Positions 39,446-51,886 of a DNA stretch of 64,000 nucleotides are shown piece after piece (position 1 is the first letter of the stretch; the number at the start of each line of letters is the position of its first letter). Origin of the DNA: the human T2T-CHM13v2.0 reference genome, Homo sapiens; assembly GCF_009914755.1 (NCBI RefSeq), contig NC_060927.1. One strand, 5' to 3'. The notes beneath the pieces are model-generated. The model saw only the letters and a program-made list of their open reading frames with translations, did not search any database and had not been told where the DNA came from. The translations under genes and the position numbers were made by a program.

Positions 39446-41914
39446 AGAAGAAGGGATTCTCAATTTAACTACTGGGTTCAGGACAAACTCCCACAATTCT
39501 ATAATGTGTATTGAAAGTATAGCAGTAGCCTATTTCTAGCTTGCATGTTGCTTAGAATTGTTGGTTTTAAAAGGAATAGCACTATCTATGACAATAGAAA
39601 TATGATTAGAACAATTTTTCCTACCATTATCCAGTTTGTGGCTTTCAACAAAGATTTGCTGGAAATACAAACCACAATTTCAGTGCTTTTATTGTCAAAT
39701 AGGACAGTATTGGTGAGCTGATACAGTAATTGCGCTTTAATAGCCATCAGCACTCCAATTTACAATTATTTTAAATTTAATGCTTTGATTAGGCATTTCC
39801 AGAAATAAGTAAGCTTAAGTAATCCAAGAAATAAGGAAATGCCTTACAAATCTGGGGATGATTTAAAAGCTTTCTTAAAGTTATTCAATATCAGTTACCT
39901 AGTAAAGCTAGTTCCTGGAATTGATCATGTGTAAATAAATAACTGCGAAGAAATTATAGTACAATAAATACTGTATTCACCATTAATTCTTCATTGAAAC
40001 CATCGAGAATGTATCAGTAAATCTTATATATAAGGGGAATTATTTGAAAATACCCAAAAAAAACAAACAGATGTTTAAGTATCATGCCATATATGAACAA
40101 TATATCAGTATTTCCAGTAATGGTCTTAAAGTAATAAATTCAGCATTTTCAAAATAACATTTTCTCTTTTTGTGGTAAAATAATATGTACAATACAATAA
40201 AACTTTAGCCTCATAGCTGCTTGCTAACTTATCAACTAACAATTCATGCTGATCAAAAGTAAGGCTAATTTATTCAGCTTTTAGACTCCTGAGATTAGAA
40301 ATATTTGGGTAAATTACTTGTTGAGCTGGGAAATCGATTGTACTTATGTATGAAGCTTGTTTGGGCCTTCTTTCAAGTGTGGCTGAGTCTGTTCTTATAA
40401 TTCGTCTACAATGCTATGTGGCCTGAAATCCCATTAGGACATAGAGCCAATTTATTTGTGTATAATAAGAGTATCTCGACTACAACTCATTTTGTAAGTA
40501 ACTGAAAAGCCTATAGCTCTCCTATAATTTAGCTCTGCAGTAAGAAAGCCATTACACTGTGTCTATGAGATACCAACATACTAGTTAAAAATAAAAGGTA
40601 AAGTGATCTGGGCCAGGGTGGGGGATGAGGGTGAGATCTCTGATGTTCAAAACTATTTTCTGGCTGCTGGATTAACTGATTATTTCAATCCAAGTGAAAA
40701 ATCAATGTACATATGTATTTATGTTGCTGAGTTTAGGCCCATTGTAAAGCAAAAAAAGGAGCTCTGAAAATGAGGCCAAACATTTGGATGGATGCTACAA
40801 ACTTCATGAAGCATAGGGGTTTAGAGATAAAAATTTCTTATGTTTGTTTTATAATGAAATGTTTTAGCGTGAAGCTAAAACTTTGCTTTAAAGAAAAAAT
40901 GTAATCTGCTTTTCCCATATTGAAAAGGTGCTTATACTGAATAATATAAAGGACATAATTCTCCCATAAGCAAGATCCTAAAGTACTGACTTACTAACGA
41001 TGCTTAATTTACAGCTCCCTGTGACAAGGAGGGCTTTTTACTTTCATTTTCTAACTGGAGTAATTCAGTCATTGAGAGTTTAGTTATATGACTTTTAAAG
41101 GATGACAGGAATGAACCATTTAGTTTGAAGAAATAGTTACCAGTCAGACTGCCTTAATCTAAATTCAACCTTCTTTAGGAACTAAAGGGCACTGGTCACT
41201 TTTCTCTGATTATGAAACATTAAGTCCTTTTCTGCACAGGATAACTCCTCAGCTTTCCACTTCTGGTGCTATCAGATACTGATGAATATTTTATATGCCT
41301 AAAATTATTCCCTGATAGAAGCATATGCTACTTGTACAACTAATCAAATATTCAGCCAAGTCACCCAGCTTGTAAGACAAGAAATCTCCCTGATAAGGGG
41401 CTCAATGTTTTCCAATAACTGGTAAAATTTCCTTTGAAATTTTGTGGGATGTATGACATTGTTGTTCATCACATTTTAAAAGCAAAATAGTAACAAATAA
41501 TGTCAGCTACTTTATCTCAACTATTTTATATTTTCCTTGCTGAAAGCCTGTAATGGAATTACTACTGTCTTTTTAGCTAACCAACTTGTAGGGTATATGG
41601 GTAGTGGTATTCAATATTTATGAAATGCTCATTTTCTTATAGGACAGAGCTACTGATTTTTTCTATAAATGACAGAATTTATTAATTCCTACTTGAACCT
41701 GTTGCATTTTCATTTTAAATTTTAAAATAGTAGAAGACATGATGGATATGCGTTCAAAGCGAAACCTGAAACATTGCTTGAAAACATCTAGCTTGATGCT
41801 TCATTATAGAGTAAAACACACATGAGTCTCTGGAGAATGAGAAAAAGTTGCAGTTACTGTCAACATAATTAGGAAGACCTAAAAAAAGTTTATCATGATC
41901 ACTTAAATTACTTA

Positions 41915-41978
41915 TCTATTATTGATACATAATAAATGTACATATTTGGGGGTACATGCAATAATTTGATACATTAAT
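41915..41978 (-). mobile_element. Short L1MA 3'-end fragment
   Basis: TTGATACATAATAAATGTACATATTTGGGGGTACATGCAATAATTTGATACAT. Confidence 0.75.
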
Positions 41979-42345
41979 GATTTATGTTTTTAATGAGTGC
42001 TTAACCCCCTCAAATACAAGACAGATTATATTAAAGGTATTTGAAAAATCAGTGGACTCATGCACTTCACTATTCGTGGGTAGAATAGTATTATAAATAT
42101 GCTTTTTCGTGAAGCTGACACTTCCCTGCAGAATATGAGCCTGGATTTGTTTGGTGTAGAAAGTACCAAGCTCTCACTCAACACTAAACAGAAGATAGAA
42201 GGCAATGTGAATTGCTTCTGGCTATTATATTTTTAGTGGTTACATTAGATTTAAAATCACTTACCATTTAGGGAAAGAGTTTGGTCCAGGGGGTTGACTA
42301 GAAATTTTAAGAGGCCGAACTCTTAGATTTTAATCTCAGTTCGCA

Positions 42346-42360
42346 GTAACCATAGGCAAC
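42346..42360. promoter_or_regulatory. RFX X-box motif in a non-repetitive, CpG-retaining block
   Basis: GTAACC ATA GGCAAC fits GTNRCC(N0-3)RGYAAC. Confidence 0.4.
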
Positions 42361-43344
42361 TTGCCTCTATCCCAGAGGTAATTGAGAACGTAAATGTTGT
42401 TAAAGTACCCTGAGCCAATAGAATAAAATGAAATCTTATAAAGGTGTAGGCCAGTGGAATTACCGTTAGCGCAATGTGCTTTTTTCAGGGTAGCCATCAT
42501 TATTAAATGGCAGACGGAGTAATATAAATCAATACAAAAGGCTTCAATCTTCCACACAGTTATCCCTAAGCACAGTAGTGCATTTCAGTACTAAAATAGT
42601 AGCAAAGTATTTCACTACTTCACTACGGCCAAAACATCTTGAAAAGTGTTCGCTGTGGTGCCTGTGTCGCAGGTTCCCACTCTTCTTTCCAAAGAGGAAT
42701 CATAATAGCTTATGGAGTGGAATGCTTAGATGACTTCCAAATTGGGTCCCAGGCTCCAAAGGCTGGTGGAGGTGGGAGGTGCTTGGAGGCCCCTAAACAA
42801 AAGCCGAGGTTATGAAGCAGTTTCAGTGTCTAGCTTCCTCTTGACAATTGGGTCCTGTTGGGTTTGCTTGCATTGTCAGCCTCTTAGTTATTATTATTCC
42901 AATCAAACAAGTTTTCACGGTGATATTCCATATCCCGTTTTCATCACTGCATGAAATGTAGTATTGAAAGGGCCCGGCATCTTTCACGAAGCACAACAGG
43001 ACATTGATAACTGTGCAGATTAGCTCCCCTTCCAATCCCAGGCCTTGTTTCTTACTTTATGATTTTTTTTCCAGCAGGCTTTCCCTCATCAGGCTGATGA
43101 TAGCTCACTTCACATATACCACTCACGACATCTGTACAGTATAAAATACAAGATCAAACGCAGGTAGGGGAAAAAAAGAGAAAGGGAATGAAATGAAAAC
43201 AAAGAGAAATAGAAGGAAACAAAGGTCCCTAAAAGATGAGCTCAGATTTCATGGTGGTGATGATTAGTTTTGTAAAACCTTGTGAGACCTGTGGAAGCAT
43301 TTGCTTGTCTAAAATTCAGTTTTTTCTTTCTTTTTTTTTTAAAG

Positions 43345-43492
43345 ACATTTCAAAAAGAGCAGCTCTTCTCTCATTTGAAGCCTTGACTCTTTTCTGAAAA
43401 AGTTTGGTAAGGTCAGGCATTTGAACACTCAGTCACATGCGGCAGAACCTAGCACATGGAGGACAGCTGACTCCACAGAACCAGGGATTTGG
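43345..43492 (+). other. ZPLD1: Candidate 148-nt non-coding (5' UTR) exon of a long ZPLD1 transcript
   Basis: Long polypyrimidine tract TTTTTCTTTCTTTTTTTTTTAAAG| and consensus donor GG|GTAAGT; gene assignment is inference. Confidence 0.55.
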
Positions 43493-45672
43493 GTAAGTGC
43501 CCAGCACTGAAGCCACCTGAAGTGACTAAAAATGCTGCCTTTTTACTAAGCATGGAAGACTCAGTTTAATTTAATAATGTTTTCTTTTTAACACACAAGA
43601 CAACCTCCCGCAAAACTCCTGTAGTTGTTGTTGTGGTTCCAGTGATGGGTAATGTTTGGCCTGGGAAGTATCTTAAATATAGCAAAAGGAGGTTAAAAAC
43701 ATCTTCCCCTACTTGGGTGCAGGAAGATAGAAACAAAATTGTATTTTGTAAACTTCAATTTATCCCAAATATTTTTATTATATTTGGAGAAAGGACCGAG
43801 TCTTTTGGCAGTTTCTTCAATCTTGAGGTTCAGACTTGAGGTCAAAAGTTGTGCAGGATTTGCCACATCGTTGTGCTTCAGACATGAATTCCAGCCACAG
43901 ACTTTGCCAGCCGGCTACAGCTCACAGATGCTTCATGAATGGAAGCAAACAGTGTATATTTTAGATTTCTTATCAGGGTTCTATTGCACCAGAGAAGCTG
44001 GCTAGATATGTGTGGCATCATCTCTAATTACAATGATGATATGATAATTGAAAATAATTATGGTGTGATTTTCTTTTAAATAAAAATTATTCTAATGATT
44101 GGCCTAGTATTGTTAAAATTGACACAGAATCTCCCATAACCTGGGAGAAGTTATCTGTGAATAAGGGGAAACACTGTGATTTCCATTTCTTGGGTGATCT
44201 CTAAGTTTCCTTCCATTCTAATGGCTTCTTCTATTTTGCCTTTGGTGAAGCCAGTTACTTTTTGGTGTTAAGGAAGAGACTATGTTCATGTATTTGAGAT
44301 AATAATCTTTTTGGTTTTCAGGGTTATGACATTATTCATTTTGCTCCTTTGAATTGGATTCTTATAATTCACTTTAAGGGTCAAATAAAAAGGAAAATCA
44401 GAAACAGTTCTAAACTGTCAGTTTAAATAAATTAGGTAGCAACAACAAAGAGGTTGAATTTAGTTAAACATCTAATATTTATCTTAATACATAATTGAAA
44501 ATCTCTATTATTTCATTTTTCAGTCACTAGCTTTCTCTCATGTGACACATTTCAGAACTTTCATTTGAATAATTGTGCCTAGTTTTGTATTTTTAAGTTT
44601 CCCTATGTAAGTTTTTATTTTTCTTTACTATTATAATACTTAGCTAAATATAAAAATCTAAAAATGTGTTGTATATATTTTTGTTTTAGAGATTTTCAGA
44701 AACATCCTCAAAAAAAGTTATCATTATTGTTAATAGCCTCATAACATAGTAACAAGATCATGGTAGACATTACAACAAATTCTACATTTCTTTGTTTCTC
44801 TCTCTCTTGTTTTTCATGATTCTGGGAACTAAGGGAAAATTCTACATTTCTTTCAAGACATTTAAAGCTTCTTTTCCCCTTAAAAGGGCCTATAATAATG
44901 CAGAGGTAATAAACGACTGATTTTTTTTTTTTTGCAAGGAATCTCTTTCTAAACGTAACTTTTGAACCACTGAACTGTGAGCAGATGCTCATATTGTAAT
45001 CTATTCAGTTATGATATCAAACAGTAAATGACTAAAGATACATGTTTTCATAGCTTTTTCAATAGCTTGAATAACTTTAAGTTCATGAGTAGAGAATGAT
45101 AATCTTTTGTCTCATTTAAGTACCTATTAGAAATGTTTGCTTGCAAGGAACTCATTTTTTTTTTTTTGGTTAATTTACCAAATTTGTCCTTTTTTTTTTT
45201 CTGTATTTAAGCTGGAATGTAAAGTAGGTCAAGGCTATTAATTAAGCTTGATCTGGTTTGCTGTGTTTGTCTTCATTGTAAAATGGTGTAGCTGGAAGCC
45301 AGACACAACAGCTTTACCAAGATATGATAAAGCACTAGACTGAGTATTACAGATTCAGAGTCACTGCTGATTATTATTAGATGTCTAAGTTGATTTCAAG
45401 TGGGAAATTATAGGAATTTCAAACTCTCAAGACCTCAATGATGAGGCAAAGAAAGGTACACCTTAAAAAAGCAGCTGATCAATTCCACCAGTTTGAATGA
45501 ACATGGTTTTTTATTGCTAATGGAAAATGGCCTTTGTCAAGGCTTGCAGAAAAATATATTAATGAGAAAGTACTGAAAGACAATATTTGCTGAATTTCCT
45601 TAGAAATACATTGTGTCCTGTCCCCCAGATTTATATGTTTTGTGGTTTATAGTCATATTCTAATTGTTTATA

Positions 45673-46000
45673 GCAGGGTGAGCAAACTTTTCCGTAAAGG
45701 GCCAGATCACAAATATCTTAGTTTTTGTTGGTCTCTGTTATAATTACTAAAATACGTCACTGTATCTCAAAAGCAGCCAAAGAAAATTTGAACACAGATA
45801 AGCTGGGTTAAAATAACATTTCATTTATAGATACTATACTTTGAATTTCCTATAATTTTCACTTTTCACGCAAGGTTATTCTTCCTTTGATTTTTTTTCA
45901 ACCATTTGAAAAATGTGAAAACTATTTTTAGCACGTGGACCATACAAAAATAGGTGATTGGCAGAATTTGGCTTGCCGGCTGTAGTTTACCAATCCCTTG
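45673..46000 (+). mobile_element. MER58B-like DNA element
   Basis: CAGGGTGAGCAAACTTTTCCGTAAAGGGCCAGAT...GGCTGTAGTTTACCAATCCCTTG. Confidence 0.85.
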
Positions 46001-47419
46001 GTTTACATTTTAATTTTCTGGAACTCACAATAAGATATCCTAGAACATGAAGAAATATATTTAAAAAACAAATTTTGTACATGGAGCTTTATGGATTTGT
46101 TCTTGGAAAGTGACAAAAATATTTTAAAAATTATGAAACCAAAATATTTTAAAGTGGCTAAGCCACAAGAAGAGTAAAGTTATACTAATATAATAATTTT
46201 GTTATTTCTACTGCTGTATCTGTGAAAAATACAGATGCTAAATTCAAAAAGTATATTTAGTTTGATAAAAGTCACCTAAGGCCAAATGAAAATGTCAATG
46301 GCTTTGTTTGTAAAGTTAGGATTCTCTATAAAATGAGATTAACTTGAACCTTTCACTAACATTGTAAGTTCTTGAATCTAAAATTTAACCATTCAAAAAG
46401 TAAGAGAGACTGAAGACCGCTTATTGTCATCTATTAGAATTTAAAGTATTATATTTGCTCATATGTGCTTATCTGAGAAAAGCCAGAGTTACAACTACAC
46501 TATCTCTCAGTTGAACACACCATCATTACATGACAGAATATAAATCTTGTTTATATTACATGAGTTGTACTTTGAAATTAAATCATTTTTCTTTATATAA
46601 TAAATATTGTGGAATTGGAAATAATTTGTGACCAACTTTTCTATTTCAAATGTAATTTATCATGATTTTCATGTAATAAGTTATAATAATTGAATAATTT
46701 TTAAAAACTACTCATCTTTTAGAGATTTAAAATTGTTATCCATAGGTACACACATTTAAAAACTTTGGTGCATTTGTGTATTATGTATTTGTGCTCATGT
46801 ATTTGAATTCTGGCAGAGAAATTCTAATTAGAAATCTCTTGAATAAATATTTAAAATGAAGGTAATATATTTCTATTTTCTAAAATTATTTATCAATTCT
46901 ATTAAAATGTGTGCCATCACTGTCAGTGAAGTGAAAAGGAGACTTGGTAAAAGATTGTATTGTTTTGCTTTTTTTAGTTTATAAAAATCAAAGTTAATTA
47001 CAGGGCATAAAAAGTACAGCTGAACCTTGTTTTAGAAAGTGAACCAATTAATTAAAGCTAGTTACAGAACATAAAAATACTAGTGAGACTTAAAAAAAAA
47101 CTGAACCAATGAACTCACTAAATTCAAGCAATTTTTATTGTGAGTTTTATATATCTAGGTATAATTTCAAATCAATTTCTAGACCCCCAAGTCCCATTTT
47201 CTTTTGTATTAAAAACATACAAAAATAAATATAAATTATTTCTAGTGATGGATAGATTGATTTGATGATTTTAGTTTGATTGATGTTTAGATGAAATTGA
47301 AAAGTTTAATTAGTAATGGAATGTTTAAACAGTAAAGCATTATCTTGAGGACTAAATGTTGACACACTTAATTTTCTACATTTTGATGATATGGCACTAT
47401 CCCCTTTGTAGCAAGATAA

Positions 47420-48230
47420 TCATTCATTTAACAAACATTACTTGAAAATCTGCAGTGGATCTGCACTCTAGTAGCTCCTAAATACGAAGATGAATATCAT
47501 ACTCTTGCTGTCATGAAGCTTAGAGGTTTACTAGGAAAGAACAAAGTTGTATCTCCAAAGGGTGATTTTGCCCCCTAGGAGACATTTGGCAATGTCTGAA
47601 GATATTTTGGGGTGTCATGACTTGTGGGGAACTATTCCTGGTATATAGTGGATAGAAGCCAAGGATGCTGTTAAATATCCTACAATGTTGTTATGGCATC
47701 CTACAACAAAGAATTATCTGGCCCAAAACATCAATAGTGCCAGCTTTGAGAAATGCTGATCTAAATGCATAGCATTTTTAGAACTGCTATTATAGAATGA
47801 TGCATAGACTCTGAGGAAAATACAGAAGAAGTAGTGAATTCTATGAGCACGAAGGGGTTGTTTTGATAGAAGAGTGTCTTGAAAGAAGAGCATGGGAAGG
47901 TTTTTGAAAAGCTGAATGGAGAGATGTCTTTGTGGAGGGTTGGTGGGCTTGGGAAGAGCTGCTTTATAGCTGGAAGCAGTGAAGTGAGAAAAGATATGGA
48001 TATATAAAACAACTTATTGAATTTGGGAACTGTAGCAAGTCTAGAGTGGATATGATGGGCATAGGGAATAGAAACATGTGATTGGGCAGATAGGAACTTT
48101 TTGTTGTTGTTGTTGTTTTGCCGTGTCATGGAATTGGAGCTTTCTCCTGAGTGGTGTTGACATTAACAAAGGGTTTCAAGCAGGGACATGACATGATCAG
48201 GCAGTCTATTTATAGGATTCATCAACCTTG
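47420..48230 (-). mobile_element. L2 fragment interrupted by MER20
   Basis: CATTCATTTAACAAACATTACTTGA start; GGGTTTCAAGCAGGGACATGACATGATCAG end. Confidence 0.65.
47543..47758. mobile_element. MER20
   Basis: GGTGATTTTGCCCCCTAGGAGACATTTGGCAATGTCTG...ACAACAAAGAATTATCTGGCCCAAAACATCAATAGTGCC. Confidence 0.9.
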
Positions 48231-51200
48231 GTGTGAAATGTCATGGTTATTTAAGAAAGCATAAAATTTTATATCATTTGATCAGGAAAGAGCCACAGGG
48301 AGAACAAGTCTGTCAGTGGGAAGAAGGATCCCTCCTTTTTTCCCTACAATTGTTTTACTTTTGGTCCAAAACTTTTCACTTCATTTGTAAGGACTCTATC
48401 AAAGAAATACAAACTGAATTCATTTTCATTGGGTTGACAAATGCATTATGTTGCTGATTAGCTGACTCTTTCAGGCTTAAACTGCCATGTTGTAGCATCA
48501 GGGAGCATTATCCTTTCTTGGAAGTTCTGTTTTCAGATTCCAGCTCTGGAGTCATGGTGAGGAAAAAGAAAATATGCTTACCAATGACAAAAGACAACTA
48601 GAAATGGAATCTCAAGTATAGCAAAACCTTATTCCTCTATCTCAGTGGTTCGTAATCTCAAAAGCTTATTAGAATCACTGTAGGAGAAATTTGGACATTC
48701 ATATTTCTTAAAACTCCTCAAGTAATTCAAATTAGCAGTTAGGATGCAGACCATTATATTATCTTAACTCAAGGAACTCTCCTATAAACACAGAATATTA
48801 ATCTTACAATTTTATTTTGGCTCCATAATGATTTTTAAAAATATTTTTTCTCCAGTAAATTTACCTTCTAATTTCCATTAAAAATTAAAATAAATTTGCA
48901 TTTTCTAAGCATACACTAACTTTCAAAGAGTAGCTTTCTGACATTATTACAGTACAAGAGGGACCTCGACTATGATTTCTCACCTAATGTTCATGAGTTA
49001 GGTGAGTCTCCCTCAAGAAGCAGAGAGATAACTAGAGATTTCAACGTGGAGTTTTTCAATGGTGGCATGCATAGTCTTAAAAGGTCTTATTTTGTGCTGC
49101 TCAGCTCTGTAATTGATTGGTTAACATGACCAATAAGCAGCGTGCTAGCCATGGAAAGGCTAGGAGTTTGCTTTTCCTGTAGCCCATTCTCTACTCTTCA
49201 GCTGTAGATCACATACTCCATTCCAGGTAGCTGCTTTGGAAATGGGGGTTTTCTTACTAGAGTGCTACAGGAGAAACTGTGTACCAATGCTAATTCATCC
49301 TTGTAAAAAGGAACCAAAGATGTCAGTCTTAATCCTTTGTTTACAAATAGTCATTAATTACTGCTCTATGTAAGGGAATGATTTTCTTTTATCCATCAGG
49401 AAACAGAAAGGAAACGATGGCTCAGTCTTTGTTCCTTATGAATTAATTACAACATTGCATCAATGAGCAAAAGAGAAAACACTATTGTTATAAATTGTCC
49501 TCGTCTCTCCAGTCTCTTGAATATACATATTTTTTGCATTTCCTTTCTCTGCCATCAAGTTTTCCCTTTGTGAAAAAATTTCCTCTAGATACAAATTTCC
49601 TTCTAGGTATCTTCATATTTTTCTCCTTTCATTCACAAATGAATGTCCTATATCTATTCCCTCTAATTCCTTACCATACTATATATTTATAACAAGCATC
49701 CTCCCAAGACACACACAAATGAAGAATTAATCAAACTCTATAATCTAACTTTGGGTCTTTACCTAGAACTTGGGAAATACATTTTCTCTCAACATTGTTC
49801 TTGCGAGTGTTGTCTTGGAATGCCAATTTCCTCTTGTTTGCTACTTCTGCGAACCCAATCAAAACTTGTCTGTGGGTGGGGAGATTCGGCCCATGGGTAC
49901 CATGTTGCTGTCTTGTTCTAAACTGGTAGCTTTTATACTTTTTGACTATGACTCACAGTAAGATATGTTACATAGTGATCTAATATATACACACCTATAA
50001 ATGCATACAAAACACATATACATTTTACGAGTACAGTACATACACAGTGCTCTCTAAGATGTTCCCTTCCATTCCAATACTTTCTATTTGCTCCTATACT
50101 ATGCAATCCTATTCTATTTCATGAAAAATGCTGCTCTTGACTCATTAACCAATATTCTAGCACATTATTTGTTGCAAATTATTGTTCTAATCTAAACCCA
50201 TGATTTTCAGCAGGGCCTGTGGAACAAGGAATTAGTAAAACTCTCCAAGGCTGTGTAGGTAGTTTGAAAAATAGCTGGGGTTTTTTTTTTTGTTGTTGTT
50301 CCATTACTTTGATTTCTTTTTAGTGAAGAAAGCTAATTTATTTAGAAGTTCAAATATTACATACAGGAGGAAATGCAACTATTTTATATTTTTCAAATAC
50401 CTAATCTCTGCTCTTCTTCAAGCCTCATTTATATTTCATCTTTGTTTTATGGCACTGACCAAGGAATAGACCAAACTAAACAGCTATTGTCATTCAATTG
50501 GCAACTAGTTATGTATTTCTGGGTGACATCTTTTGTATAAGTCTTTGGGTAGAGACAGTTTTGCCATGATGAATCTTGGTTTTCATACTATTCTTGATAG
50601 AACTTTTACCAAAATACTATGAAATGTATTATATATTATAATATACAGAAAAGGTGGGGGTCTTCATGCCCGTAAATGTTTATGTTCAAATTTGCCAAAA
50701 ATCCTGATTTATTAGTTATAATGCAACATTATCTGCAATCTCAACCAAAATAATACATCCTTCTGCTCACCTCCTCCCTGTCCCTGGTCCCAGCCTCACT
50801 AAAGCAACTTTTCTTTTGACAGAGATCATTGCTAGAACAGCTTACTTTGCCTACTGTGGCTCACAGCTATTTCTAGAGCTTGCCTGGTGTTTCAGATCCC
50901 AAAGAACATTTTGGTTATTGAGATAGGAGCTGAAAGTTGTGTTTAGCGTTATGTCTTACATCCCCAACTTTGACTATGGTAGGGATATAATTTTCTTAGA
51001 TTATGTTCATCTCATCCGGGACACAAAAGCGTGTTAACTTCTTAAGTAATAATTTTCCTTCCTTTCAATGCTTTCATTCTCCAATATCTTGACAACATTT
51101 ACTTTGATCCTTTAAATAAGTTAGTCTTATTTTTACTTCTATGCCTTAAGCCTACTAGATGAAATATCCTTTGCAAAGTTCTATAACTTAGTTATAGTTA

Positions 51201-51396
51201 TAGTTATTTAGTCACTTAGATGATGTAGGTCCTTATTTTACAGATAGCAAGGGAGGTAAAGTGAGTTATTCAAGATACCACAGAATAAATTATCTATAGG
51301 TCACCTGTTTTTAAATTTCTACTATGATAAATTTCAAATATACAAACATTGAAATAGTATAATTAGTATAATCTTTAACATTTTGACATATTTCCT

Positions 51397-51458
51397 ACAC
51401 ACACACACACACACATGCACACACACACACACACACACACACATGCACACACACACAC
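51397..51458. repeat. (CA)n microsatellite with two TG interruptions
   Basis: Direct reading. Confidence 0.95.
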
Positions 51459-51514
51459 GAACATTTTTTAAAGAGCCATTTCAAAACAGAAATACTGCCA
51501 CTACTTAAAAGTTA

Positions 51515-51886
<372 letters not shown>

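Noticed and set aside
44778-44853. AATTCTACATTTCTTT repeated at 60-bp spacing
   Set aside because: Short AT-rich duplication with no further structure.
51181-51197. 8-bp inverted repeat CTATAACT-T-AGTTATAG
   Set aside because: Part of a short (GTTATA)n run; no other support.
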